A stretch of DNA of 32,000 bases from Planctopirus limnophila DSM 3776 (GTDB lineage: Bacteria; Planctomycetota; Planctomycetia; Planctomycetales; Planctomycetaceae): positions 4,650,001 to 4,682,000 of the forward strand of contig NC_014148.1 of assembly GCF_000092105.1 (NCBI RefSeq), read 5' to 3'. The translations under genes and the position numbers were made by a program. The notes beneath the pieces are model-generated. The model was not told the origin of the DNA. It did no database searches and was given only the letters and a program-made list of their open reading frames with translations. Below, in pieces: positions 24,431-32,000 of this stretch (position 1 is the first letter of the stretch; every line of letters starts with the position of its first letter).

Positions 24431-26908
24431 GTGAGTTTTGCTGATCCATGGTTGTTGTGGGGGTTGCTCCTGGGAGTCGTGCCACTGGTCCTGCACCTGT
24501 GGAAACGTCGCCAGCCTGCCAGGCTCCCCTGGGCTGCCATGCAGTTTCTGACAGCCGCCATCGAAAAAAATCGCCGACGATTGCAACTGGAAGAACTCTG
24601 GCAACTCGCCTTTCGTCTGGGGATCATCATGCTCCCGGCTGTGGCACTCGCCCGGCCCATCTGGTCTTCAGCAGCCATCACAGTTTCCAAAACGCCTTCG
24701 ACCCTGCAGATCCTCCTGCTCGATACCACTCTCAGTATGGGGACATTGACCGCTGCTCGTGCCGAAGCTCTCCCTTCAGCGTTATCATCTCCTCAAAACC
24801 AACCCTCCGCCTGGAGCAGGGCACTCGATCGAGCCCGCGAAATCGTCAACAACGCACCTCAGGGGACAGCGTTCCAACTGGTGCTGCTTCAAGGCGATGA
24901 AGCACGCGCCCTGATCTCGGAACCTTCCCGTGCTAAAGCCGAAATTCTCCGGGAACTCGATCAGCTTCAACTCACACAATCGGCGGGCAATCCACTCGCC
25001 AGCTTACGCCGTGTTCGTCAATGGCTGGCTTCTGCATCCGAGCGCGAGCCACACTTCGAGCAACAGGTGGTCTCGCTGATCACCGACCTGCAGGAATCGA
25101 CCTGGGATCTTTCCCCCGGCACACCCACCAGCCAGATCCTGCTCGAAATTCAACAACACGCGGCTCTTCAATGGGAAGACGTGGGCTTGGAAATCCCCGC
25201 AAATTATGCCATTACCAGGGCCGAAATCCTGGCCCCGATCCTGTTGCGAAAGGAATCCTTTCGACTCGAACTGACTGTCACATGCCTGGGAAAACCACCG
25301 GTTGATCCTGCACCTCTCGTGGTGTTTCTCAAGGTCGATGGCCAACTCTCACAAACCGCCCCCGTGATCTTGAGTCCCCAGGAGCTTCCATCGGGTCGTC
25401 AAATCGAAGCCAAAGTTTCGTTCGATCTCCGTTTTGAAGTTGCCGGAGAACGCACCATTGAAGTGGGCCTGGGCCTTAAGGAGAATGCCGGCAAATCGTT
25501 GGGATTACCCGTCGATGAGCGCCCTCAGGATGACGTCCGTTATCTCGTGGCTCCCATTCGTGACCGACTCAAAATCCTGCTGGTCGATGGCAAGCCTGCC
25601 AAAACACGTTTTGAAAATGCGACCGATTTTCTGCGCCTGGCCCTCGATCCCGGCGATGAGCAAGACCAGTACCAGATCAACGTGATCCCTGCGGACGAAC
25701 TGCTCTCAAATCGACTCCCTGAGTACGATGTCGTCTGCCTGTGCGATCTGCCGGAACTTTCAGCCAATGAATTGAATGCTGTCGAAGCCTATTTAAGGCA
25801 GGGCGGCGGCCTGATCATCGGTTTTGGCAGCCAGATACAACTGGGCGCATGGCGTTCCGTGCTGAATCAGGCAGCCTCATGGTGGCCACTCGAACTCGAT
25901 TCCATCGTCGGCTCCCCGGAAAATCCCGAGGACATCTTTTCCTTCGATCCTTTAAACTACCAGCACCCCATCCTGTTTCCCTTTGCCGGTCAATCGGGCA
26001 CAGGTTTATCTGCAACAAAGACCTTTGCCTATCTGCGAATGCTGGCCCGGCCCGGAATCACCAGCCAGGTCGCACTGCAGTTCAGTTCGGGCGACCCCGC
26101 CATTGTGACCAGCAGTGTCGGTGCTGGCCGACTGGTGATCGTGGCCACGCCGTTTGATCGTACCTGGGGAACATGGGCTTTGTGGGGGCATAGCCTCGTT
26201 CCTCTCAGCCACGAAATGGTGCGTTATGCCGCTGCCGATTCGCAGCAGATGCGCAGCACGATCGCCGGTGAGCCTGTCTTCCCCCATGCAGCCATCCTGA
26301 AAGCCATGCAGAGCCAGAACAGCTCGAATGAAACGAGTGCATCAAACTGGATCTGGCGCACACCTGCCGGTGCCGACACCCTCGTGACCCCACAGCCTGA
26401 TCAGGCGTTGGCAGTGCCCTATCAGGCCGGGCTCTATCGACTGTCGCGCAGCACCCCGGGATTGATCCATTCGCCATCCGTCAAGACCGGCACTTCCCGC
26501 GCACCATCGGGTCCTGCGACAGGCTGGTTCTGGTTCGCAGTGAATCCCGATATCCGTGAATCGTCACTGGCCCGCTGGCCTTTGCCTGCCACTGAAAACG
26601 CCAGCCACAGGACTCCAGGAAGCCACACCCCGCCCATCTCTCAGCAGCCGAGGCAGGAGACCACAACTTCCAGCACGCCGCCCCTGTCAAATACGCCCAC
26701 GTCAAATCCGCGTGCGAAAACTACCGAAACCAGCGACAACCCGAGCGACAATCTCCCCCGCTGGCTGCTCCTGCTGGTATTGCTGCTGCTGCTTTGTGAG
26801 GGTGTTTTCAGCGGCGGTGTTTTCCGTCGTTCCACCCAGGCCCAGCTTCTGCAAAACAATCCCCAGCCGACTCGTCCGTCTCTCTGGCGCCGGCTCTTCC
26901 GTCGTTGA
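24431..26908 (+). CDS. BatA-N-domain (aerotolerance-regulator N-terminal, double-TM) large membrane protein with a C-terminal Ser/Thr/Pro-rich region and a poly-Leu TM anchor; GTG start
   Basis: MSFADPWLLWGLLLGVVPLVLHLWKRRQPARLPWAAMQFL is the typical BatA_N (PF07584 / TIGR02226) start. A central LKILLVDGKP...YDVVCLCDLPELSANELNAVEAYLRQGGGLIIGFG resembles the class-I-glutamine-amidotransferase-like domain found in such proteins. The C-terminus carries WLLLLVLLLLLCEGVF. Confidence 0.8.
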   Translation: MSFADPWLLWGLLLGVVPLVLHLWKRRQPARLPWAAMQFLTAAIEKNRRRLQLEELWQLAFRLGIIMLPAVALARPIWSSAAITVSKTPSTLQILLLDTTLSMGTLTAARAEALPSALSSPQNQPSAWSRALDRAREIVNNAPQGTAFQLVLLQGDEARALISEPSRAKAEILRELDQLQLTQSAGNPLASLRRVRQWLASASEREPHFEQQVVSLITDLQESTWDLSPGTPTSQILLEIQQHAALQWEDVGLEIPANYAITRAEILAPILLRKESFRLELTVTCLGKPPVDPAPLVVFLKVDGQLSQTAPVILSPQELPSGRQIEAKVSFDLRFEVAGERTIEVGLGLKENAGKSLGLPVDERPQDDVRYLVAPIRDRLKILLVDGKPAKTRFENATDFLRLALDPGDEQDQYQINVIPADELLSNRLPEYDVVCLCDLPELSANELNAVEAYLRQGGGLIIGFGSQIQLGAWRSVLNQAASWWPLELDSIVGSPENPEDIFSFDPLNYQHPILFPFAGQSGTGLSATKTFAYLRMLARPGITSQVALQFSSGDPAIVTSSVGAGRLVIVATPFDRTWGTWALWGHSLVPLSHEMVRYAAADSQQMRSTIAGEPVFPHAAILKAMQSQNSSNETSASNWIWRTPAGADTLVTPQPDQALAVPYQAGLYRLSRSTPGLIHSPSVKTGTSRAPSGPATGWFWFAVNPDIRESSLARWPLPATENASHRTPGSHTPPISQQPRQETTTSSTPPLSNTPTSNPRAKTTETSDNPSDNLPRWLLLLVLLLLLCEGVFSGGVFRRSTQAQLLQNNPQPTRPSLWRRLFRR

Positions 26909-27013
26909 CTCAGGTTTCGCATCCTCGCGGGGGGCCCGGCCAACTCGTGCCCAACTCACCGACACAGGTTGTCGTGCAAAGCCACGACAACAAGAAGCCG
27001 CGCGATGTGCTCT

Positions 27014-27082
27014 GTGTGCCCTGCTTGCAGCTCTGGGCAAGCATGTCTTCGCGACCAACAACGCGCAGCCTTTTTGTGGGAA
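27014..27082 (+). repeat. Family-A repeat, copy 6
   Basis: gtgtgccctgcttgcagctctgggcaagcatgtcttcgcgaccaacaacgcgcagcctttttgtgggaa. Confidence 0.85.
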
Positions 27083-27178
27083 CCTCAAAGATCTTCCAGG
27101 GAATCTCAACTCCTGCTGGATGTTGGTCACCGAATCATGTTCAATAAATAACACCGCTTTCAGCATTTACAACATTCT

Positions 27179-27235
27179 TTGTGCCATGCTTGCGGCTATG
27201 TGCCATGCTTGCAGCCCTGGGCAAGCATGCCTGAC
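27179..27235 (+). repeat. Family-A repeat, copy 7: duplicated 5' arm, hairpin only, tail absent
   Basis: tgtgccatgcttgcggctatgtgccatgcttgcagccctgggcaagcatgcctgacg. Confidence 0.8.
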
Positions 27236-27421
27236 GTACCTCTGAAAAGCCGCAGATTTCTGGAAGGTCTGTAGCAAATGTTCATTCAAAGGCATTCTTT
27301 GCAGAACTCTGGCAGCGATTGAGTGTTGATACCACCAGACCACTCCATGAAGGCAGACAAAAAGGACAGAATTGAAGACAGACCGTGAAGTCTGATCACC
27401 TCCGGGGAGATTCCAGTCGGC

Positions 27422-28186
27422 ATGAAGTGCCCACAAAAAATCAGCAGCAGCGCCGAGAAAAGTCATGCCCGCCCATGGCTGCAAGTGGCATGGGTTACTC
27501 CTGCACACCGCTCACGTTCTGCCTACACGTTGCTCGAAATTCTTTTAGTGCTGGCTGTCCTGGGCGTGCTGGCCGCAATCGTTGCACCGTCGGCGCTGCG
27601 TCGTCTGGCAGATTCGACGATGATTTCTTCTGCCGATGAAATCTGTAAGCTTCTTTCGGAAGCACGGATGATGGCGATGGAAGCGGGTGAGCCTGCCGAG
27701 TTTCGCTATCAGCCGGGGGGCAATCATTTTCTCGTCACCACCCGTACCGGGATTGCCGATGCGGCACTGACCTCGGGAAACTCCTCATCCGCAGCAACTC
27801 CTGTCGATAACACAGGTCAGCCTGTCGCTACGGGTCCGCTCAATGCCTGGACACGCAGTCGCTCGATCGGAGGGCATCTGGCGAGTCCTGTGCGATTCGC
27901 CAATCCAACCCCCACTTTTCGAGAGCAATCCCTCGCCCAGACAGTCTCAGAAAACTTGATTGCCGACCTCGAAAATGCGAGTGAACTTTCTCAGGTCAGG
28001 TGGTCTGAGCCCCTCGTTTTCCAACCCGATGGCACCACGATCGATCAGCAGTTCAAGATCTCCGATGCTTCCGGCCGCACCATTCGAATTCGAGTTCGCG
28101 GATTAACCGGCAGCGCCACCATGTCGGCCATGACTATTGAAGATCCATCAACCATGGAGAATTCATCCCCCAGGTTTGAGCCTTAA
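27422..28186 (+). CDS. Prepilin-type N-terminal domain protein, GspH-like minor pseudopilin. The true start may be GTG 27485.
   Basis: RSRSAYTLLEILLVLAVLGVLAAIVAPS is a type-IV-pilin-like hydrophobic N-terminus. It is the first gene in an H-I-J-K-ordered set. The residues around the predicted cleavage site are A|Y, not the usual G|F. Confidence 0.65.
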   Translation: MKCPQKISSSAEKSHARPWLQVAWVTPAHRSRSAYTLLEILLVLAVLGVLAAIVAPSALRRLADSTMISSADEICKLLSEARMMAMEAGEPAEFRYQPGGNHFLVTTRTGIADAALTSGNSSSAATPVDNTGQPVATGPLNAWTRSRSIGGHLASPVRFANPTPTFREQSLAQTVSENLIADLENASELSQVRWSEPLVFQPDGTTIDQQFKISDASGRTIRIRVRGLTGSATMSAMTIEDPSTMENSSPRFEP

Positions 28187-28203
28187 GCCAAGGAATTCTC
28201 TCG

Positions 28204-28818
28204 ATGCGATACAGACGCCATGATGAGCAGCAAGGTCGAGGGAGTCGGCGTCCCTGCGTATCGAGTCGGACTGCCGGTTTCAGTCTGCTGGAAGTGGTGC
28301 TCGCCGGCACGATCTTTCTGGGCGCGACTGTCGCTCTTTCTCAACTGGTCTGGAATGGCAGCCGGGCGTCGATTCAGTCGCGGCTGCTGGCCGAAGCCAC
28401 CTGGAGATGTGAATCCAAGATGCAGGAAGCAGTAGCCGGCGTGGTGGCACTTTCGCCCGTCTCGTCCACTCCGTTCGATGACGATCCCGCGTGGTCATGG
28501 AGTTTGAATGTTTCCGAAGGGCCTTATGCTGAGCTATTAGCCGTCGAAGTCATGGTGACTCGCGAAGGCTCCACACCTCTGGCCAGTGCCGGCTTTCGAC
28601 TCAAACGCTGGATCCGGGATCCGCAATGGTTCATTGATGCTGCTGCCGAAGAAGCCGCAGCAGCAGCGGCCGAAACCAGCACTTCATCGACCAGCACCTC
28701 ATCCGGCAGTTCTGGTTCTTCTTCAGGATCTGGTTCGTCATCAGGGTCAGGTTCACGTTCAGGATCAGGGTCAGGATCTGGCGGTGGTGGATCGCAGCAG
28801 AATGGAGGCTCACGATGA
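28204..28818 (+). CDS. Prepilin-type N-terminal domain protein, GspI-like minor pseudopilin with a Ser/Gly-rich C-terminal tail
   Basis: SRTAGFSLLEVVLAGTIFLGATVALSQL is a G|FSLLE prepilin motif. The size and position fit GspI. The tail reads TSTSSTSTSSGSSGSSSGSGSSSGSGSRSGSGSGSGGGGS. Confidence 0.65.
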   Translation: MRYRRHDEQQGRGSRRPCVSSRTAGFSLLEVVLAGTIFLGATVALSQLVWNGSRASIQSRLLAEATWRCESKMQEAVAGVVALSPVSSTPFDDDPAWSWSLNVSEGPYAELLAVEVMVTREGSTPLASAGFRLKRWIRDPQWFIDAAAEEAAAAAAETSTSSTSTSSGSSGSSSGSGSSSGSGSRSGSGSGSGGGGSQQNGGSR

Positions 28819-29756
28819 TCAGCCGCCGCTCATGCTCTCGCCGTACGATTGGCCAGCGAGCCTCCCGGCAAGGCTTTAACCTGCTGGAAGTGCTGCTGGC
28901 AGCCGCCCTGACAGCGGTGCTGGTGATGATCATTTCGCAGGCTTTGAATACGTATTATCGCAGTACGGTGACCAGCCGGGTCGAGCTGGAACGCTCGCGT
29001 CTGGTGCGGGCGATCCAACGGCAGATTGCCAGCGATATTCGCAATGTGACCTTTGCTTTCCAGAAAGAAGCATCGGCTTCGAGCACAGTCTCCTCAAGCA
29101 CAGTGGCTTCGACCAGCACCTCGACATCAACTGGTTCTTCATCCACAAGTGGCACAGAAACTTCTGGAACCGGTTCTACAGAAACAACCACTGACGAAAC
29201 GACCACGATTTCCGTTGTGGGTGCGGACGACCAGTTGGCTGCCGGGAGTGCCGGAGTTGTCGGCGATATCGCAAACCTGAAGCTGCATGTCAGTCTGCCG
29301 CGAATGGAAACGCCGGTATTAAATGATGTTGAATACTACACCGCGACCACTTCCAGCGACTTGCGACAGATCTGTTACTACTGGATGGCGGGCGGCAGCC
29401 TGGACAATCAGACGGGGGAAGCTTCACAGTCTGGCCTGGCTCGCTATGAGGCCGATCGACTCGAAGCCACCTTTGCGGAAACGAGTGGAAAAGCTCTGGC
29501 CGTACCACAAATTCTGGCGCCAGAAATCGCCTCAATCAGCTTCCGCTATTTTGATGGTTTGGCCTGGCTCGAAAGTTGGGACAGCCCCACGATGCAGGCA
29601 TTGCCTCGCGCGATTGAAGTCACTCTGCAATTTGTTCCCGCAGAGAATCGACTGGGAACGATCTTCAATGCCGGGGTTTCACCGATGTCGAATCAGGCGA
29701 CGTTTGTGATCGCCGTCCCGCTGGCAGATCCGAAGCCACCGGAGGAGACATTATGA
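28815..29756 (+). CDS. GspJ-like minor pseudopilin with an internal Ser/Thr-rich insert
   Basis: RQGFNLLEVLLAAALTAVLVMII is a prepilin motif. The C-terminal ISFRYFDGLAWLESWDS...LPRAIEVTLQF resembles the GspJ C-terminal signature. The start overlaps the upstream stop as ATGA. Confidence 0.7.
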   Translation: MISRRSCSRRTIGQRASRQGFNLLEVLLAAALTAVLVMIISQALNTYYRSTVTSRVELERSRLVRAIQRQIASDIRNVTFAFQKEASASSTVSSSTVASTSTSTSTGSSSTSGTETSGTGSTETTTDETTTISVVGADDQLAAGSAGVVGDIANLKLHVSLPRMETPVLNDVEYYTATTSSDLRQICYYWMAGGSLDNQTGEASQSGLARYEADRLEATFAETSGKALAVPQILAPEIASISFRYFDGLAWLESWDSPTMQALPRAIEVTLQFVPAENRLGTIFNAGVSPMSNQATFVIAVPLADPKPPEETL

Positions 29757-31513
29757 AACGAATTCCCCCACTGGCTTACTCACGTCAGTTTCAAACTCAA
29801 AGCCGACCATCGACACGAAGATTACCCTCTCGGCCGCAATCATCCCCTCGGCAGGGCATGATTCTGATTCTCGTCCTCGTGGTGACCATCTTTCTCACCT
29901 ATGGAGTCGCCTCGTTTTCCCGGCAGATGACTTCCGAACTCGAAGCCACGCGTTTCTATCAGACCGAAGTTCGTGTGCAGGCCGCTGTCGAATCCGGGAT
30001 TGAATATCTGGCAACAGTTGTGGCTCAACAAGGCGAAACGGCTGCCGAAAGTCTCTGGCATGCGCCGACTCTCTTTCAAGGTGTCCTGGTCGAAGAATCC
30101 GAACGTGCCCGGGGGAACATTCGCTTTTCTGTCGTTTCACCCCTTCCTCAAGACATCGCCACTTACTCCATTCGTTATGGCGTCATGGATGAATCCGGAA
30201 AGCTCAATCTCAATCGACTCTCGGCTCTGAAGCTGACCGAAGAGGAGATGACGGCTCTCCTGATGGGAATTCCCAACATGACAGAAGACATCGCCGCTGC
30301 CATTCGCGACTGGATTGACACCAACGACGAAGAGCTACCAGGTGGTGCTGAATCGAGCTATTACGAAACTCTTTCGCCACCTTATCAGGCCAAAAACGGG
30401 CCACTGGAATCGCTGGATGAACTCCTGATGGTCAAGGGAGTCACTCCTCAGTTGCTCTATGGCGAAGATGCCAATCGGAATGGTCTCTTGGATCAGAATG
30501 AGGTTGATGGTGACTCGAGCCCTCCCTTTGATAACAACGACACCTTCCTTGATCAGGGGTGGAGTGCTTACTTTACAGTTCACAGCCGCGAAAAGAACAA
30601 GCGTCCCGATGGCACGAAGAAAATCTATCTCAACAACGATTTTCTGACAGATCTCTACGATGCCCTCGAACCCGAATTTGGCGAAGATGTCGCCAAATTC
30701 ATCATTGCCTATCGAGTCAACGGGCCGAACAGTACCACAGAAGCACAACCTGCCAACAGCACCAGTGGCAATGACCGCATTCGCAACATTGGTGGCTCAC
30801 CGACAGGTTCCAGTTCTCAGCGTGGACGCCAGCAGCGCGATTCTCAGGCCGTTCAATCGCTGGTTCGAGGTCTAAGCGAAGCCGCCAGCAGCGAAACGGG
30901 AACAGTCACGCGTGGAGGTATCGACATCACCCGTGGTGGACAGTTCAAAGTGAACTCGATCTTTGACCTTGTGGGTGTCTCAGTGACCGCCACGGTCAAT
31001 GGTGCACAAACCACACTCGAAAGCCCCTGGAAAGACGAACCCAACGAACTGGCCGCGACTCTGCCTGCCATTCTGGACAATTTAAGCACCATCGAAGATG
31101 ACTTCATCGAAGGGCGCATCAACATCAACGAAGCACGCGTCGAGGTTCTCTCCGGCATCCCCGGCATGACCGAAGAACTCCTCGACGGCATCATGGCTTC
31201 ACAGCCAGTCGATTCCAACGGGATGCCCAATACCAGCCTCCTGGCTCAACGGAAAAACATTGCCTGGCTCTATGCCGAAGGGATTGCCGATCTCGCGACT
31301 TTACGCACACTCGACCCTTACCTCACCTGCCAGGGAAGTGTCTTTCGTGCGCAGATTCTGGGCTTCACAGACGGCGGCGGGCCGATCAATCGCTCGGAAG
31401 TCATCGTCGATGCCACCGTCAATCCACCACAGGTCATCTATCGGCGAGATCTCACTTCGCTAGGGAGAGGCTATCCCCGCAGCATGATCGCGCCTCAAGC
31501 AGCCCCCTTATGA
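29753..31513 (+). CDS. GspK-like type II secretion / pseudopilus-tip protein
   Basis: It has an N-terminal TM segment, GMILILVLVVTIFL. YGVMDESGKLNLNRL is the GspK DE.gk.NlN motif. Also present are YYETLSPPYQAKNGPLESLDELLMVKGVTPQL and GRININEARVEVLSGIPGMTEEL (helix-hairpin-helix-like). The start overlaps the upstream stop as ATGA. Confidence 0.8.
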   Translation: MKRIPPLAYSRQFQTQSRPSTRRLPSRPQSSPRQGMILILVLVVTIFLTYGVASFSRQMTSELEATRFYQTEVRVQAAVESGIEYLATVVAQQGETAAESLWHAPTLFQGVLVEESERARGNIRFSVVSPLPQDIATYSIRYGVMDESGKLNLNRLSALKLTEEEMTALLMGIPNMTEDIAAAIRDWIDTNDEELPGGAESSYYETLSPPYQAKNGPLESLDELLMVKGVTPQLLYGEDANRNGLLDQNEVDGDSSPPFDNNDTFLDQGWSAYFTVHSREKNKRPDGTKKIYLNNDFLTDLYDALEPEFGEDVAKFIIAYRVNGPNSTTEAQPANSTSGNDRIRNIGGSPTGSSSQRGRQQRDSQAVQSLVRGLSEAASSETGTVTRGGIDITRGGQFKVNSIFDLVGVSVTATVNGAQTTLESPWKDEPNELAATLPAILDNLSTIEDDFIEGRININEARVEVLSGIPGMTEELLDGIMASQPVDSNGMPNTSLLAQRKNIAWLYAEGIADLATLRTLDPYLTCQGSVFRAQILGFTDGGGPINRSEVIVDATVNPPQVIYRRDLTSLGRGYPRSMIAPQAAPL

Positions 31514-31937
31514 CTGCTCGCCGCATATGCTTTCTAAGAGTCCAAATCGCTCCTATGTGCGATGCATGTCCCCCTCAAGAACCCTCGCCCATGTCTTCGT
31601 AGAAGAAGTCAAGGTGAAGGTCTGCCCAAACGATTTGTGTCCAAAACAAACGTTTCCGCAGGAGCACCAATTGTCTGCCACTGGCCAGAGATGAAAAGCA
31701 TCCCGCATCGGGTGGCAGGGATCGGATGTCTTCATCCGCCCTCTGGTCAATCGAGTTCACCAGCACGAATGCATCGACACATGCTTTCCTGCCATGGCCG
31801 GCAACGAAAACGTTTGACCCCAGCCACTCAGAATCCAAACCTCGCCTCATGCTCGATTGCTTTATGCAATCGAATTGAGTGATGGTTATGATCAACCAGA
31901 TCATCCGAGAGAATTCTGACTGCAGGACTGGATTTTT

Positions 31938-32000
31938 ATGAAACTGAAACGATGGCTGTTGACTCTATGCACTCTGGCTTTATGCGTGGTAAACCACTCG
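31938..32000 (+). CDS. Start of an ORF with a signal-peptide-like N-terminus; it continues past the right window edge
   Basis: ATG 31938 gives MKLKRWLLTLCTLALCVVNHS. Only 21 codons are visible. Confidence 0.3.
   Translation, partial: MKLKRWLLTLCTLALCVVNHS

Noticed and set aside
31553-31904. Two mutually overlapping ORFs (31562-31882 + and 31575-31904 -) after gspK
   Set aside because: Neither has a motif or a convincing start context, and they occupy the same DNA on opposite strands. There is no basis to call either one.

Overview
The window looks like a planctomycete chromosome segment. The evidence is a DUF1559 / H-X9-DG pseudopilin-like protein, a BatA-N membrane protein next to an AAA ATPase, a large FG-GAP protein, and a gspH-I-J-K-like pseudopilin operon. 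Hand counts of sampled lines give about 55% GC. Most of it is ordinary housekeeping: ahcY (partial), cinA, tadA, htrA/degP-type protease, lutA, lutB, two xylose-isomerase-like TIM-barrel genes, phnX, tatD and thiG. No tRNA, rRNA, CRISPR array, transposase or integrase was seen. Four things stand out. (1) A low-GC two-gene cassette (10.6-11.9 kb) sits just after lutB. It encodes a cytoplasmic EEP/DNase-I-fold enzyme with all catalytic motifs intact, plus an overlapping 134-aa ORF of unknown family. This is my best candidate for an undescribed toxin-immunity or defence-type module. (2) A low-GC islet (2.9-4.0 kb) carries an ankyrin-repeat gene and an Imm50-like gene, both bracketed by hairpin repeats. 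They look like orphan polymorphic-toxin immunity genes. (3) An intergenic hairpin-plus-tail repeat of about 70 nt occurs at least 7 times. There are also unusual 7-bp and 9-bp periodic arrays. (4) A Lys/Ala-rich histone-H1-like gene built from 15-nt repeats lies beside a 1.3-kb ORF-poor region. All functional calls come from reading the translated ORFs for motifs; no database search was run.
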